Source of the DNA: Phycisphaerae bacterium
GTDB taxonomy: Bacteria; Planctomycetota; Phycisphaerae; Phycisphaerales; SM1A02
Assembly: GCA_016873335.1 (NCBI GenBank)
Contig: VGXN01000002.1
Location: forward strand, 4,785 to 68,784
Length of the DNA stretch: 64,000 nucleotides
Reading direction: 5' to 3'
Within the stretch, counting starts at the first letter, position 1, and every line of letters starts with the position of its first letter. Shown one piece after another: positions 1 to 9,136 of the stretch. The position numbers were made by a program, and so were the translations under genes. The notes below the pieces were generated by a model. That model worked only from the letters and a program-made list of their open reading frames with translations, was not told where the DNA came from and did no database searches.

Positions 1-368
1 AACTGCGCTCGCTCTCGGGTGACGGCACGATCGGGGCAACGCTGCGCTTTGAGGGAATCGTCCGCCGCGCGGAGCGTGACCCCGAGGCGGCGGATGCGGA
101 GCGTGACTTGCTCGCGCTGGACTACCAGACCTATGACCCGATGGCCCAGCGCGAACTCGAAGCGTTGGCCGCGAGCGTGGCAGCGCGGCATGGGCTGAAG
201 TCCATCGTCGCGCTACACAGCCGAGGACGCGTGCGCGTGGGCGAGGTCTCGTTCGTGCTCCAGGTCGCAGCGCCGCACCGCGCCGAGAGCCTCGCCGCAG
301 TCGCCGACTTCATCGATCGGCTGAAGCAGGATGTCCCGATCTGGAAGTGGTCGGTGTGGGCGGTGTAA
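1..368 (+). CDS. moaE: Molybdopterin synthase catalytic subunit MoaE (5'-truncated by window edge)
   Basis: The frame is open from the window edge to the stop at 366-368. The translation ...GATLRFEGIVRR...LDYQTYDPMAQRELEALA...ALHSRGRVRVGEVSFVLQVAAPHRAESLAAVADFIDRLKQDVPIWKW follows the MoaE C-terminal pattern (HR.G...GE, HR.eaF, lK...PiWK). Confidence 0.8.
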   Translation, partial: LRSLSGDGTIGATLRFEGIVRRAERDPEAADAERDLLALDYQTYDPMAQRELEALAASVAARHGLKSIVALHSRGRVRVGEVSFVLQVAAPHRAESLAAVADFIDRLKQDVPIWKWSVWAV

Positions 369-410
369 GGAGCTTGCGCCCTTCGCATCGAATCCGCCAC
401 TCCAGCGTGA

Positions 411-1157
411 TCAACCCAGCACCAGTTTCGCGCCCGCAATCAAGAGCACCGCGGCGAGCGTGATGTTCAGCGCGCGCGGCGTGGCCCGACGGCTGCCCAG
501 GGTCGCGCCGATCAGTCCGCCCAGCGCGGCGCACGCGGCCAGTGGCCACAGGTTCGCCGGCGGCGACCAGCCGCTCTGAACCAGACCCGCGACGCCCGCC
601 GCGGAATTGACGAGGATGAACAGCGACGCCGTCGCCGCCGTGCGCTTGGTGTCAGCCCAGCCCAGGAGCAGCAGCACGGGGCTCAGAAAGATGCCGCCGC
701 CCGTACCCGTGAGGCCAGCGACCAGTCCCAGGACGCCGCCCACGGCGAGCATGAGTGGCAGTTGTGGCGAGCGCATCTCGCGCGTCGCATCGGAAGGCCG
801 CCACGCCAGAGACACCATCCGTGCTGCTGTGAGCACGAGCACGATGCCGATCGCGACCTTGAGCGCGTCAGCGGGTAGTTGAATCATGCCTCCGAAGAAC
901 GCGGCCGGAATCGACGCGGCGGCGAAGGGCCAGAAGAGCGGCCAACGAAAGTGCCCCGCGCGGGCGAACTGCACGAACGCGATGGCGGCGACCAACACAT
1001 TGATCGCGAGCGCTGTGGGGCGCATGACCACGGCCTCGACGCTCATCAACGCCATGACCGCGAGATAGCCCGATGCGCCCGCGTGTCCGACGGCGCCGTA
1101 GAGCGCACCGACGATCAAGAACAGGACGCCGAGGATGGGGAGCGCGTCGTCGCGCAT
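411..1157 (-). CDS. TSUP (TauE/SafE, DUF81) family anion-export membrane protein
   Basis: The 248-aa product is a polytopic Gly/Ala/Leu-rich membrane protein. The N-terminal ...GAVGHAGASGYLAVM... and the second-half repeat ...GLTGTGGGIFLSPVLLLLG... are typical of the TSUP two-repeat architecture. It is the last gene of the minus-strand operon, 9 nt after moaA. Confidence 0.7.
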   Translation of the reverse strand: MRDDALPILGVLFLIVGALYGAVGHAGASGYLAVMALMSVEAVVMRPTALAINVLVAAIAFVQFARAGHFRWPLFWPFAAASIPAAFFGGMIQLPADALKVAIGIVLVLTAARMVSLAWRPSDATREMRSPQLPLMLAVGGVLGLVAGLTGTGGGIFLSPVLLLLGWADTKRTAATASLFILVNSAAGVAGLVQSGWSPPANLWPLAACAALGGLIGATLGSRRATPRALNITLAAVLLIAGAKLVLG

Positions 1158-1166
1158 GGTGAACGA

Positions 1167-2348
1167 CTAGCCGCCGATCGCCGACATTGGGCGCTCGGGC
1201 TGGCGGAACTGGGGCGACGCGATGCCGTGGCCGGGCTGCTTGGTCCATGTCGCGTCGATCAGGAAGTCGCCGATGTGCTCGTCGGTGGTTGCGGAGCGCA
1301 GCAGCGAGCGCAGATCCCACTCAGTCGTGCTGAAGAGGCACGGACGAATCTTGCCGTCGGCGGTGAGGCGGAGGCGGCTGCACGCGCCGCAGAAGGGACT
1401 GCTGATGGGGGCGATGAAGCCAACGCGACCGGGGCGACCATCAGCGAAGGCGAACGAGCGGGCGGTGCTCGAGGGATCGTCGTCGTGGCACGCGACGAGC
1501 GGGAAGCGTTCCTCGATCACGGCCCGCGTCTCTGCGGCGCTCACCCATTTGGAAGCGTCCCAGGCGTGACCGGAGTCGAGCGGCATGTACTCAATGAAGC
1601 GCATGTCGATCGCATACCGTCGGGCCAGTTCCGCGAGGTCCGCCGCTTCGTCATCGTTGAAGCCGCGGATGAGCACGGCGTTGAGCTTGAGCGGCGTCAG
1701 CCCCTCGGCGATCACGGCCTCGACACCCGCAAGGACATCGGCGGGCGAAGAGGTCGAGCGCGTGAGCCGGGCGAAAAGGTCCGCCCGCAGCGAGTCGATG
1801 CTGATCGTGACGCGGTCCAGCCCCGCCGCCTTCCACGCACGCAACGCGTCGCGAGTCAGGAGCGAGGCATTCGTGATCATGGCGATCTCGATGTTCGTCG
1901 CGGCGCGGATGCCGGCGATGATCGCGGTGAGGTCCGGATGCAGCGTTGGCTCGCCGCCCGTGAGGCGGATCTTGTGAACCCCCAACGACTCGGCGATGCG
2001 AGCGACGCGGATGATCTCGCCGGTGGTGAGCAGCGACTCGCGTGGGGCGAAGCGCACTTCGGGTTCCATGCAGTAGGTGCAGCGGAAGTTGCAACGGTCG
2101 GTGATGCTGATCCGCAGGTCGCGGATGGCGCGGCCGTGCGAATCGAGCATGCGGCGAACGGCGCGGATGTGCTCAGGTGCGCGCGGAGGTTGTACAGGGC
2201 GTGAGGGCGCCGTGGCGCGCGGGAACTGGGCAAGCGCAAAGCGACCATCCCGCGCGGCCAGAGCCGCCGCATGGTGCTTCGGGATGGCGGACTCGATCAT
2301 CGACACTGCGACATCTCCACGCACGCGCGTGCTCTGCACCACCATCAA
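1167..2348 (-). CDS. moaA: GTP 3',8-cyclase MoaA (radical SAM, molybdenum cofactor biosynthesis)
   Basis: It has the radical-SAM motif ISITDRCNFRCTYCM, GGEPTL, and the C-terminal auxiliary-cluster motif FCGACSRLRLTADGKIRPCLF. The start ATG overlaps the stop of the upstream CMD gene (ATGA at 2345-2348). Confidence 0.9.
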   Translation of the reverse strand: MMVVQSTRVRGDVAVSMIESAIPKHHAAALAARDGRFALAQFPRATAPSRPVQPPRAPEHIRAVRRMLDSHGRAIRDLRISITDRCNFRCTYCMEPEVRFAPRESLLTTGEIIRVARIAESLGVHKIRLTGGEPTLHPDLTAIIAGIRAATNIEIAMITNASLLTRDALRAWKAAGLDRVTISIDSLRADLFARLTRSTSSPADVLAGVEAVIAEGLTPLKLNAVLIRGFNDDEAADLAELARRYAIDMRFIEYMPLDSGHAWDASKWVSAAETRAVIEERFPLVACHDDDPSSTARSFAFADGRPGRVGFIAPISSPFCGACSRLRLTADGKIRPCLFSTTEWDLRSLLRSATTDEHIGDFLIDATWTKQPGHGIASPQFRQPERPMSAIGG

Positions 2349-2701
2349 TCACCGCGAGCGAACTGCTCGTGCGCCCAGCTCCACGCCGCGACCGTGCGAG
2401 GAAAGCCGACGGTGTTCATCGCGAGAAGGACCGCCTGCTCGACCTCTGCGTGCGTTGCTCCGTGCTGCATCGCTCGGCGAACATGGCTGCGGAGCGCGGA
2501 CTCGAGCCCAGCCCCGACGCAGATTCCGATCTTGATGAGGGACAGCGTCTTGGCGTCGAGCGGGCCGGCCGCCACGACGGCTGAGGCGATGTGCTCATGC
2601 GCGCGGCCGAGGTCCGGGTACTTCTTCACGAAGGCCTTGTATGTCGCGGGGACCTTGCTGCTCTTCTTCGCGGGTGACTTTTTTTGACGTGGTGCGCTCA
2701 T
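2345..2701 (-). CDS. Carboxymuconolactone decarboxylase (AhpD-like) family protein
   Basis: The internal start MSAPRQKK... was chosen because its ATG overlaps the stop of the upstream ORF (ATGA at 2698-2701). The sequence ...LDAKTLSLIKIGICVGAGLESALRSHVRRAMQHGATHAEVEQAVLLAMNTVGFP... resembles the CMD-domain helical pattern. The upstream 94 codons of the track ORF are Arg-rich and overlap the neighbouring gene. Confidence 0.6.
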   Translation of the reverse strand: MSAPRQKKSPAKKSSKVPATYKAFVKKYPDLGRAHEHIASAVVAAGPLDAKTLSLIKIGICVGAGLESALRSHVRRAMQHGATHAEVEQAVLLAMNTVGFPRTVAAWSWAHEQFARGD

Positions 2702-3183
2702 GGGTGTTTGCTCCCGCAGGCCAGCGTGGCTGAAGATCTGTTGGACGGATCGTTCACTGTGTCCGCGACCGAACAAAGAATCGCGTAGTACTCCTCGACA
2801 TCGATGCCGAGCAGCGTGGCTCCGAAGAGTTCGGCCTCGACATGAGACGCGACCTCGCCGTAGTTCACAGAGGGAATGTAGTACGCGATCAACAACGGGA
2901 TCAGATCGTCGACGTTTTCGAACATCGGGTGAATGAACAGGCAGAAGCCGTCCGACGGGTGCTCGCCCAGGCTCTCCACACACGCGAATTCGCCGGGCTG
3001 GAGCGGCTCGGCATCGAATCGGACGCCGAGCGGGTAGCGCACCACGGAACGATCCTCGAGCAGCCGCATCATCCCGCCACGATCCATGGGACCACCGCGG
3101 CGCAGACGCGCGTCCATCGCCTTCGCGACGATGTGGTCACGAAGGGACTGCTGTGCCTCTTCGGCGGTGGGGCGTTGATTCAT
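2698..3183 (-). CDS. Hypothetical protein (161 aa), translationally coupled between NrfD-like and CMD genes
   Basis: This is a clean ORF with ATGA overlaps at both ends (3180-3183 and 2698-2701). Its amino-acid composition is balanced rather than Arg/Ala-biased. I recognise no motif. Confidence 0.55.
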   Translation of the reverse strand: MNQRPTAEEAQQSLRDHIVAKAMDARLRRGGPMDRGGMMRLLEDRSVVRYPLGVRFDAEPLQPGEFACVESLGEHPSDGFCLFIHPMFENVDDLIPLLIAYYIPSVNYGEVASHVEAELFGATLLGIDVEEYYAILCSVADTVNDPSNRSSATLACGSKHP

Positions 3184-4436
3184 GGATGAACTTCCGCGTG
3201 CTCCGCGGCTGCGGAGCTGGCCGTGGTCGCGGCCTCAAAGTCCTGGTCCTCGGTCAGTCGCCCGGTGAGCACGGGCACGGTCACTCGCACGAGGATCGTG
3301 TAGATGAGGATGCCGCCCGCCCAGATGCCCAGTGTGACCAGCGTCTCGTTCATCGTCGGCAGGTACTCGACGATCTCGCCCAGCGGTGTGGGGATGAAGG
3401 CCGGGACGATCATGCCCATGCCCTTCTCGATCCAGATGCCCACGATGAGCATCACGCTTGCGGTCTGCAGCACGGGCAACTTGCGGCTGAGGGGCATGAA
3501 GAGCAGGACCATCGCGACCAGGTTCAGTGCGATCGCGGTCCAGATCCACGGCACGAGCGCCGTCCGGCCATGCAGTCCAAGGAACAGGTACTTGGCCGAG
3601 GCCCCGTGCGCCGAGTCGGTATAGAACTCCGTAAACGCCTCTGAACCGAGCAGGAACATGTTGATCGCGAGCGCGATGGTCACGATGTTCCTCAGCGTCA
3701 AGAAGGCCTTCTCAGGAACCCGATAGGTCGTGAACTTGGCGAGCACCGAGAGCGACAGAATGAGGAACGCCGGCCCTGCCGCGAACGCCGAGGCCAGGAA
3801 CCTAGGCGCGACGACGGCCGAGTTCCAGAAGGGTCGTCCGCCAAGCCCGCTGTACAGGAACGCGGTCACCGTGTGGATGCTGATGGCCCAGACAATGGCC
3901 ACGAAGACGAATGGGATGTAGAAGATCTTGCTGGGCTGACGCCGGCGGTAGGCGCAGTACACGAGATAGCCGCAGATGTGCAGGTTGAGCAGCAGGTAGC
4001 CGTTCAGCACCAGCACATCCCAGGTGAGCATCGAGACCGGGAAGTTGAAACGCATCATCAAGTGCTGAAAGCGATCAGGCCGCCCCAGATCGACCGTGAC
4101 GAAGAGCATCGCCATGATGATCGCCGCCACTGCGAAGAGCTCGCCGAAGATGACCAGGTCATGGAGTTCGCGGTTCTTGTAGATGTAGACGGGGATGACG
4201 AGCATCACCGCCGCGGCCGCCATCCCGACCAAGAAGGTGAAGTTTGCGATGTAGAAGCCCCACGAGACCTGATCGGTCATGCCCGTGGTCGCTAAGCCGT
4301 AGACGAGTTGCTTGCAATACGCGTTGATGCCCAGCAGAACGAACACGGTCAGCAGAAACATCCACGCGTAGTAGCGGGCGTCGCCGACGAAGCTCAGGCG
4401 AAAACAACGGAACAGAAACGTCAGATAGGTTCTCAT
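3180..4436 (-). CDS. NrfD/PsrC-family integral membrane quinol-interacting subunit
   Basis: The 418-aa polytopic membrane protein reads MRTYLTFLFR...YYAWMFLLTVFVLLG...SWGFYIANFTFLVGMAAAAVMLV...DLGRPDRF..., typical of NrfD/PsrC/DsrP/ActC-type subunits. Start M27 of the track ORF was chosen because of the ATGA overlap with the FeS gene stop (4433-4436). Confidence 0.8.
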   Translation of the reverse strand: MRTYLTFLFRCFRLSFVGDARYYAWMFLLTVFVLLGINAYCKQLVYGLATTGMTDQVSWGFYIANFTFLVGMAAAAVMLVIPVYIYKNRELHDLVIFGELFAVAAIIMAMLFVTVDLGRPDRFQHLMMRFNFPVSMLTWDVLVLNGYLLLNLHICGYLVYCAYRRRQPSKIFYIPFVFVAIVWAISIHTVTAFLYSGLGGRPFWNSAVVAPRFLASAFAAGPAFLILSLSVLAKFTTYRVPEKAFLTLRNIVTIALAINMFLLGSEAFTEFYTDSAHGASAKYLFLGLHGRTALVPWIWTAIALNLVAMVLLFMPLSRKLPVLQTASVMLIVGIWIEKGMGMIVPAFIPTPLGEIVEYLPTMNETLVTLGIWAGGILIYTILVRVTVPVLTGRLTEDQDFEAATTASSAAAEHAEVHP

Positions 4437-5554
4437 GTCCGGGCTCCGTTCCACCACTCGGGCGTGCTCGACGCCACGAAGTCCTTCCGAGGCCCGGCCG
4501 CGCCAGGCAGGCAACCATACGCGTCACCCTCTTCGGCCTTGAGCCGCTCGGCGATCGCCACGGCCTCAGGATCAAGCGTGTTCGGGTACCGCTCGTCGAA
4601 GTAGTAGAAGAACCGAGGGAGCGTTCCCACATCCTCCTTGAGCACGAAGACGCGCTTGGTCTTCAGGATCTCCGAGACCTCGGACTTCGGATCAAGCACA
4701 TTCCCGAACTTGCGGGATCCGGTCGGGCAGATCTCCACGCACGCGGGCATCCGCCCCTCGCGTGTGCGGTGCAAGCAGAAATGGCACTTCTCCATCACGC
4801 CCCTTTCGCGTGGGCGATTGGAGAGGTAACTCATGTTGGGGTTGAGTTGTTCCCTCGGCAGGCTGGGCTTGGCGAAGTTGAATCGTCGTGCCCAGTACGG
4901 GCACGCCGCTTCGCAGTACCTGCACCCAATGCACCAGTCATAGTCGATCACGGTGATGCCATCGGGTTCCTGCCATGTTGCTTCGACTGGGCACACCTTG
5001 ACGCAGGGCGGGTTCGCGCACTGGTGGCACTGCACCGGCATGTAGAAGTGGCTGGGATCGGGCACGGTCGGATGGTCGTAGTGGTGGTTTCCCTTCTCGA
5101 CATCGAGCGATCCTCTGGGCATCTCGATCACCCGGATGTACTGGATCTCCGGGCTGCGCGACTGGTTGTTCTCGGCCACGCACGCGTGCACGCACTTGCG
5201 GCACCCGATGCAGCGCGAGAGATTGAGCGCATAGACGAACTCGACGCCCTCCATCGGCTTCACATCTCGAAGGTGCGGGCGCACCGCGTATCGATCCTCC
5301 ACCTTCTTGCGGATGCGTTCGAGCGCCGCCTCCATCTCCTCGGGCGTCATGGCCTTGTAGTGCTTCTGCAGGAACTCATCGAAGTTCGGGACATCATCCG
5401 ACGACAGCTCGCGCAACGGGCTCAACGCAGCCGCCAGCGCCGCCATGCCACCCACGGCCGCCGCCCCGGTGCGAAGGAAACTTCGCCGCGTCTGCTCCGA
5501 TTCAGAACCGGAATGATTTTTGGAAGGTCCCTCCCAGATCCGAATGTCGGTCAT
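4433..5554 (-). CDS. Tat-exported 4Fe-4S ferredoxin-type subunit (NrfC/HybA/DsrO-like)
   Basis: It has a twin-arginine signal (TRRSFLRTGAAAVGGMAALAAA). The cluster motifs are CIGCRKCVHAC, CHQCANPPCVKVCP, CIGCRYCEAACP and CHFC...C.EICP. It overlaps both neighbours by ATGA. Confidence 0.85.
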   Translation of the reverse strand: MTDIRIWEGPSKNHSGSESEQTRRSFLRTGAAAVGGMAALAAALSPLRELSSDDVPNFDEFLQKHYKAMTPEEMEAALERIRKKVEDRYAVRPHLRDVKPMEGVEFVYALNLSRCIGCRKCVHACVAENNQSRSPEIQYIRVIEMPRGSLDVEKGNHHYDHPTVPDPSHFYMPVQCHQCANPPCVKVCPVEATWQEPDGITVIDYDWCIGCRYCEAACPYWARRFNFAKPSLPREQLNPNMSYLSNRPRERGVMEKCHFCLHRTREGRMPACVEICPTGSRKFGNVLDPKSEVSEILKTKRVFVLKEDVGTLPRFFYYFDERYPNTLDPEAVAIAERLKAEEGDAYGCLPGAAGPRKDFVASSTPEWWNGART

Positions 5555-6300
5555 TGGTGGCCTCCCTTGCTGGTCGAGTTCATCGTTTTCGCCGCGTCGA
5601 GTTCACGGAGCCACCGCTGCAGCGGGCTGTGCATCTGGCCGTGATCGTGCGAAGGACTGGCGGGTTGTGCTCCCATGCGGAGCGTGTTGGGACCAGGGAG
5701 TGGTCTGGTGGGCTCGAACTTGGGTGAATGCGGGTTGTGGCACTCGTTGCAGTTGAGGCGACGCTGGGCATCCGAGTGGGTCATCCACGATCCGAGTGTC
5801 TTCCCGTGCGTTCCGCGCTCCCAATCGCGGAAGACCGTTCCGTGACACTGCGCGCACAACTGCGGGGTCTGCGCAAACGGCACGCTGGCTCCGTCCCGCA
5901 GCGTCAGTCGCTCACGATTCTCCGGATCATGGCAGTTGGTGCAGCGGTTGTTCAGCCCGTGCAGCAATCGAATGTCGCCGTGGAAGTTCAGGTTGGCGCC
6001 GGCCGCAGAGTTGGACTGAAAGATCTGGTGGCATCCGTTGCAGTTCTGCGGACTGCCGTCGACGAGGATGTGTGCGGGGTCCGACATCGCCGCCCGCCGG
6101 GGTTTGACGACGAGGTCCCCCCGATCGACCATCGCGGCGGGCGCATAGGTCATTTCACCGTCGCGCGAAAGTGCGAACAGCACCATCGCCAGCGCCACGA
6201 ATCCCATCGGAAGCGACCATCCCAGCCACGCCGCATCGACTCGGGATCCAGGAACGGCGCCAGCCACGATCGGGGGAACAGGTTCAGGTCTCGGCTGCAC
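5551..6300 (-). CDS. Membrane-anchored tetrahaem c-type cytochrome
   Basis: Four CxxCH motifs are present (CNGCH, CTNCH, CAQCH, CNECH), plus one N-terminal TM helix (AAWLGWSLPMGFVALAMVLFAL). The start was set at the GTG at 6300, which is preceded by GGAGG with a 7-nt spacer. The track start at 6432 would run into napD. Confidence 0.75.
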   Translation of the reverse strand: MQPRPEPVPPIVAGAVPGSRVDAAWLGWSLPMGFVALAMVLFALSRDGEMTYAPAAMVDRGDLVVKPRRAAMSDPAHILVDGSPQNCNGCHQIFQSNSAAGANLNFHGDIRLLHGLNNRCTNCHDPENRERLTLRDGASVPFAQTPQLCAQCHGTVFRDWERGTHGKTLGSWMTHSDAQRRLNCNECHNPHSPKFEPTRPLPGPNTLRMGAQPASPSHDHGQMHSPLQRWLRELDAAKTMNSTSKGGHQ

Positions 6301-6430
6301 AGATTGGCCTCCAAATTGGCGAAGTCTACACACTAACGAATTTCGGATATGTTTGTCTACGATATAACAGGCACGGCAAGCTCGGCGTGTGGCGCGAGGC
6401 CAAGGTGTCGGATGACGACGGAGACCGGAC
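6301..6430. promoter_or_regulatory. Divergent promoter/operator region between the cytochrome operon and napDABF
   Basis: This is a 130-bp intergenic spacer between divergent operons. It is locally AT-richer (…gtctacacactaacgaatttcggatatgtttgtctacgatataacagg…) and has a direct repeat GTCTAC at 6324-6329 and 6355-6360. No canonical FNR or NarL box was recognised. Confidence 0.4.
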
Positions 6431-6724
6431 ATGGCGATCAGTGGACTCGTGGTGACGCTCGCAGACGACCCCCTGGGCGAGACGGCACTGGCGGCCCTGA
6501 CCGCTGACTCGCGGCTGACGGTCGGCGAACGATTCGGTCAGCGCCTTGCGCTGGTCGCTGAAACCCCCTGCGCGCGCGACGACCACGACCTCTTCGACGA
6601 ACTCCGTCAGTTGCCCGGCGTCACCCATGTTGACGTGGCCTATGTCCGACTCGACACAGATCCCGACCACTGCGATCACGCTCCCCAAGGCACATCTGCG
6701 AAGGAAACCCATGCTCACCATTGA
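6431..6724 (+). CDS. napD: NapD-like Tat chaperone for periplasmic nitrate reductase
   Basis: The 97-aa product MAISGLVVTLADDP...ALAALTADSRLTVGERFGQRLALVAETP...DLFDELRQLPGVTHVDVAYV has the NapD ferredoxin-like pattern (I.SLVV ... lpGV.s..lvy). It lies immediately upstream of napA and overlaps it. Confidence 0.7.
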   Translation: MAISGLVVTLADDPLGETALAALTADSRLTVGERFGQRLALVAETPCARDDHDLFDELRQLPGVTHVDVAYVRLDTDPDHCDHAPQGTSAKETHAHH

Positions 6725-9128
6725 TCGTCGCACATTCGTCAAAGCATCCGCCATGGCCGCCGCCACCGCCGCGGCATCCGGCTCCGCTCATGCCGTCTCA
6801 CTCCATGTGCTGAACAATCAGCCCGAGGGTTCTTCGCTCACCTGGCAGAAAGCGCCCTGCCGATTCTGCGGCACCGGCTGCCATGTCATGGTCGGCACCG
6901 AGAACGGTCGCGTCGTCGCCATCCAGGGCGACCAGAAGGCCGAGGTCAACAAGGGCTTGCTGTGCGTGAAGGGTTACCACGTGGGCCTGGCGCTCTATGG
7001 CAAAGATCGACTCACCACCCCGATGTTGCGCAAGGACGGGAAACTCGTCCCGATCTCGTGGGACGAGGCCATCGACATCATCGCCAAGCGCATCGCCGAC
7101 AACCCCAAGGCGTTCGCGATGTACGGCTCAGGGCAATGGACCGTCGGAGAAGGCTATGCCGGCAACAAGTTCATGAAGGCCGGACTCGGGAGCAACAACA
7201 TCGACGGCAATCCGCGTCTGTGCATGTCCTCCGCAGTCACCGGGTTCCTCTCGACGTTCGGCGTCGATGAGCCGCCGGGGGCCTACGACGACCTCGACAA
7301 GTGCGATGTCGCCATCATGTGGGGCAACAACATGGCCGAGATGCACCCGGTGCTCTTCTCGCGCCTGGTGGATCGTCGCACGCGCGGCGAGAAGATCACG
7401 ATCATCGACTTCACCACGCGCCGGACCCGCACGAGCGAACAGTCCGACCAGGTCCTGTACTTCAAGCCCAATGGCGACCTTGCCATTGCCAACGGGATCG
7501 CCCACCAGCTCATCAAGAACAACTCGTTCGACAAGGATTTCGTCGAGAAACACTGCAATTTCCGCCAACTCGGCGCGAAGCCCGATGACAAGACCCCGCC
7601 CGACATGCTGGGCGTGCCCATGACCTTTGATGAGTTCGCCAAGGCCGTCGAGCCCTACACCCCGGAAAAGGTGGAGGAACTCTCGGGCGTCCCGGCCGAC
7701 AAGATCCGCATGCTCGGCGAGATGTTTGGCCGACGCGACCTCAAGATCAACAGCCTCTGGTGCATGGGCATGAACCAGCACACAAGGGGGACCGCGATCA
7801 ACTGTCTGGTGCACGGCATCCACCTGCTCAGCGGACACTTCGGCAAGCCGGGCGACGCCGCAACGAGTCTGACCGGTCAGCCGTCCGCCTGCGGCACGGT
7901 GCGCGAAGTTGGCACACTCTGCCACCTTCTCCCCGGCGGAAGACTGGTCGCCAACGCCGAGCACCGCAAGGAAGCGGAAGCGCTCTGGAATGTGCCCGAG
8001 GGACGCATCGGCGACAAGCCTGGGTACCACACCATCGAGTTGTTCAAACGCTTCAACACGCCCACTGACCAGGGCGGTGACATCACCACCGTCTGGGTCC
8101 AGGTCACCAACCCGGGCCAGACCCTCCCGAACCTTCAGCGGAACTTCCGCGAAAAGAAGAACCTCCCGGACAAGTTCCTCATCGTCTCCGATGTCTATCC
8201 GACGGCCACGACCGAACTCGCCGACCTCATCCTTCCCAGCGCGATGTGGGTCGAGAAGAACGGGATGTACGGCAACAGCGAACGGCGGACGCAGCAGTGG
8301 TTCAAGATGGTCCAGCCGCCCGGCGAAGCCCGCGACGACTGCTGGCAGCTCATCGCCGTCTCGAGAAAGCTCATGGACATGGGCGTCGAAGGCATGAAGG
8401 ACAAGGACGGCAAGTGGATCTTCCACACCGCCGACAAGGCCGGAGTCGAAGTGCCGATCTGGGAATGGCCGCACTACTACGACACCAACGTCGACGAGCG
8501 ACTGTTCGAGGAGTACCGCCCCTTCACCACCAAGAAGCACAAGCATCTGGCGCCGTATTCGGAGTATGTCGAGCACCGCGGCATGCGCTGGCCTGTCGTC
8601 CAACAACCCGACGGTTCATGGCGTGAAACCCGTTGGCGTTTCAGCGAGTTCGACGATCCGTTCGTGGCCAAGGGGAAGGGATTCCAGTTCTACCACTCCG
8701 TCAGCAAGGATGACAAGGCACTCATCTGGTTCCGCGCGCACGAGCTCCCGCCCGAGGTGCCAGACCTGGACTACCCCTTCTGGCTCTGCACCGGCCGAGT
8801 GCTTGAGCATTGGCACTCCGGCACGATGACCCGCCGCATTCCGCAACTCCACCGCGCCATGCCCAGGGCGTATGTCGAGATGCACAAGGATGACGCGAGC
8901 CGCTTGGGAATCCAAAACTCCGAAGTCGTCACGGTCAAGAGCCGACGCGGCGAGATCGATCTTCCCGTGTGGATCGGCGGACGAGGCAACCCTCAACCCG
9001 GCGAGGTGTTTGTCCCCTTCTTCGACGAAGGCAAACTCATCAATCTGGTCACGCTCGACGCGTACGACCCGTACTCAAAGCAACCCGACTACAAAAAGTG
9101 TGCCGTGACCATCGTCCGCAAGCCCTAG
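6711..9128 (+). CDS. napA: Periplasmic nitrate reductase catalytic subunit NapA
   Basis: It has a Tat signal (DRRTFVKASAMAAATAAASGSAHA), the 4Fe-4S motif KAPCRFCGTGCHVMV, and then ...GLLCVKGYH..., ...NPRLCMSSAV..., which is the typical NapA sequence. aaggaa lies upstream of the ATG at 6711. Confidence 0.95.
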   Translation: MLTIDRRTFVKASAMAAATAAASGSAHAVSLHVLNNQPEGSSLTWQKAPCRFCGTGCHVMVGTENGRVVAIQGDQKAEVNKGLLCVKGYHVGLALYGKDRLTTPMLRKDGKLVPISWDEAIDIIAKRIADNPKAFAMYGSGQWTVGEGYAGNKFMKAGLGSNNIDGNPRLCMSSAVTGFLSTFGVDEPPGAYDDLDKCDVAIMWGNNMAEMHPVLFSRLVDRRTRGEKITIIDFTTRRTRTSEQSDQVLYFKPNGDLAIANGIAHQLIKNNSFDKDFVEKHCNFRQLGAKPDDKTPPDMLGVPMTFDEFAKAVEPYTPEKVEELSGVPADKIRMLGEMFGRRDLKINSLWCMGMNQHTRGTAINCLVHGIHLLSGHFGKPGDAATSLTGQPSACGTVREVGTLCHLLPGGRLVANAEHRKEAEALWNVPEGRIGDKPGYHTIELFKRFNTPTDQGGDITTVWVQVTNPGQTLPNLQRNFREKKNLPDKFLIVSDVYPTATTELADLILPSAMWVEKNGMYGNSERRTQQWFKMVQPPGEARDDCWQLIAVSRKLMDMGVEGMKDKDGKWIFHTADKAGVEVPIWEWPHYYDTNVDERLFEEYRPFTTKKHKHLAPYSEYVEHRGMRWPVVQQPDGSWRETRWRFSEFDDPFVAKGKGFQFYHSVSKDDKALIWFRAHELPPEVPDLDYPFWLCTGRVLEHWHSGTMTRRIPQLHRAMPRAYVEMHKDDASRLGIQNSEVVTVKSRRGEIDLPVWIGGRGNPQPGEVFVPFFDEGKLINLVTLDAYDPYSKQPDYKKCAVTIVRKP

Positions 9129-9136
9129 GAGATTCC

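Noticed and set aside
879-2204. A 441-aa plus-strand ORF.
   Set aside because: It is antisense to moaA and the TSUP gene, both of which have clear family motifs. Its composition is extremely Arg/Asp/Gly/Ala-rich.
7128-8606. A 492-aa minus-strand ORF inside napA.
   Set aside because: It is antisense to an unambiguous NapA coding sequence and has no motifs. It is a GC-rich shadow ORF. The same reasoning applies to 14481-15722 (antisense to glyA), 50048-51535, 51554-52804 and 53801-55345 (antisense to the speB-like/astD/astA/aminotransferase string), 55147-55911 (antisense to the M20 peptidase gene), 25583-26668 (antisense to hutU) and 36643-37575 / 37774-38760 (antisense to mfd).
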